DNA from: Polymyxa betae A26-41
Taxonomy: Eukaryota; Protista; Endomyxa: Phytomyxea
Direction of reading: 5' to 3'
NCBI GenBank assembly: GCA_003693705.1
Contig: RBZT01000499.1
Coordinates: forward strand, 1 to 64,000
Length of the DNA stretch: 64,000 nucleotides
Shown here: positions 62,301 through 64,000 of the stretch, piece after piece
Layout of the letters: each line of letters opens with the position of its first letter
How positions within the stretch are numbered: position 1 is the stretch's first letter
Position numbers and translations under genes: made by a program
Notes under the pieces: generated by a model
Seen by the model: only the letters and a program-made list of their open reading frames with translations
Databases searched by the model: none
Told to the model about the DNA's origin: nothing

Positions 62301-64000
62301 ACTTTCAGAAGCAAACGATATGGTTTTAGACGGAAGATACCGATTTGGTGGACATCGATAGAGATTTCGTAATGAATATGGTGTGCCTTCAACACAAATA
62401 TAACCAGGTGGACATAAAAATTCAAACATAGATTCCACTGTCGTCTCGAATGGGCAAGCATAACCTTCTGGGCATTTCACATCAAACTGAATGGCTGGAT
62501 ACGTTGACTGATCGCAAACATATCTGTGGTATCATTTAGGTCATAACCCTAAAACCCTAAATCTTTCTAACCCTTCAACACAACTAGATGCTTGCGACAG
62601 ACTATACATGCCCACGACGCCACAAACTTTACCAGATGGACATGGGCTACATTGTGATTGATCTACCAGCCCTAACACATCCGACCACGTCCCTATGTAA
62701 TCATGATCATCAGACGGTGGTGTGGACCAGTACGCCGTCCAAGGCAGCACGTACCCGGAGGACATGGTTCACAGTCGATGCCTTCACCCTGTGTTCTATA
62801 ATATCCACGTGGACAAACAATGGGTCTAATCATGCCGAAATATGGACATCTGAACATGTCTCAGCTCAGATAAACAACCGGACGTGAATTTGATAACGAA
62901 CGTGTATCCAGATGGGCACATGTGACAGATATTAACACCAAAATCTGCTGAGAAGCGACCAGGTGGGCAATCCAGTGGACGTAACATGCCAGATTGTGAT
63001 ACAAACTGGCCCGGAACTGCAGGAATCGGTGCAGACGAGCCCACGGGGCAATACGACCCAGGCGGGCAGAACCCAGACCCATAGGCGTCAGGTGATTCCT
63101 CGTGGCACCAGGTCCCTGCCATACACGCCTGTAATATCGGTCAATAGTGTCCAGGAAGCAGCTGGTGGTTCAGTATGACCTGAGGAGAGCTGAACTTCCA
63201 TAGTTGTACAACTGAGGTCTGGACCCCAGCAAGGCAGTAAGTTCCGGATGGACATGGTACAGCAAATCCATTCTGACAATAGAAACCAGATGGACATTCT
63301 TGTAGTTCATCTGATTGACCCATAGCATCACATAACAGACCTGATTAGACAATCTATTTAGGAACAATGTTCACATTAATGGTGGATTACTCAAGATATA
63401 CCATTAGCACAGGCAATTGGTTGAGCCATTCCAGCATATGGACAGATATATCCTCGTGGACATGTCTTACAGAAAGAAAGACCAAATGCATCAGAATATG
63501 TCCCCCTACAAACCAACATCAATTACTAAAACCTCAAAAATCAATATCTAACCTTGGACAAGCTATGGGGACAGCATTACCACGTCCTGGGCAGAAATGA
63601 CCTAAAGGACACAGCGACTGCATCGCACCGGTCGGCGAGGGACTGTACGACCCAGGCGGTATTCCAGGCCCTGATACAATTCGTGAACATCAGCTTAACA
63701 ATACAGCATTGGACGAACCTTCAGGACGGAAGTCACCCGAGACACAATTGGCTCCAAGCTGGCATGGCAATTCCAGACCAGGATAGGATCCTTCGAGGCA
63801 GTACGACCCATTGCCACATGGGACCGGGATATTCGATACTATATCGGTCTGATGTGGAACGATATCGGTTCGGAACCTTCCATCTAATGTCAGCTCTGAT
63901 AATGCTATCTGGAGTGACGTATTCCTATCACTATAAAAGGCACGTTAGAATAATGTCGACTATGTAAATACATGTCTTACTCGGTAGAGAACGTATTAAA
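56376..64000 (-). CDS. 3' part of a giant multi-exon Cys-rich (GCC2/GCC3, ephrin-receptor-like repeats) multi-pass membrane protein; 5' end lies beyond the window
   Basis: Many CPxGxYC repeats (CPPGSYCPVGS, CPEGYACP, CPSGFYC), then beta-rich exons, several TM exons (58.3-60.3 kb) and an acidic cytoplasmic tail ending ..SISESK*. Confidence 0.85.
62544..62561 (-). repeat. Interstitial telomere-like dimer (TTTAGGGTTTTAGGGTTA) inside an intron
   Basis: TAACCCTAAAACCCTAAA on the plus strand; similar motifs at 545-567, 6653-6664 and 18133-18147. Confidence 0.55.

Overview
Gene-dense eukaryotic nuclear DNA. It is not bacterial: there are many short (~40-60 nt) GT-AG introns and eukaryote-specific genes such as TRAPPC13, AP-4 epsilon, Rab1, G-alpha, TFIIA-gamma, SPT3, MOB1 and cofilin. 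Ciliary/centriolar-type genes, a giant GCC2/GCC3 Cys-rich membrane protein and TTTTAGGG-like motifs suggest a flagellated SAR protist, plausibly a plasmodiophorid (Phytomyxea); this taxonomic call is inference only. About 27 host genes are packed with very short spacers. Five DNA-transposon groups have left relics: a pogo/Tigger-like MITE (115-649); a decayed GC-rich Helitron RepHel (5.9-9.9 kb) with a nested 820-bp hAT carrying an 8-bp TSD; a PIF/Harbinger transposase tail with its TIR; and an internally deleted DD39D-type mariner (19958-20385). There is also an unclassified 149-bp MITE. The most notable host gene (49552-53295) splices into one frame encoding ankyrin repeats, a cyanobacterial/NLP-type GAF domain and a Fic domain with an intact HPFEDGNGRIGR motif, a candidate ligand-regulated eukaryotic AMPylase unlike HYPE/FICD. 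Other leads are a J-domain/FN3/CCCH protein with a stop-free intron inside its HPD motif, a PIP-box microprotein, a recurrent GGCGCAGCC promoter motif, intronic telomere-like repeats and decayed intronless RING genes. Exon boundaries were read by eye and some starts are approximate. No rRNA, tRNA or CRISPR array was found.
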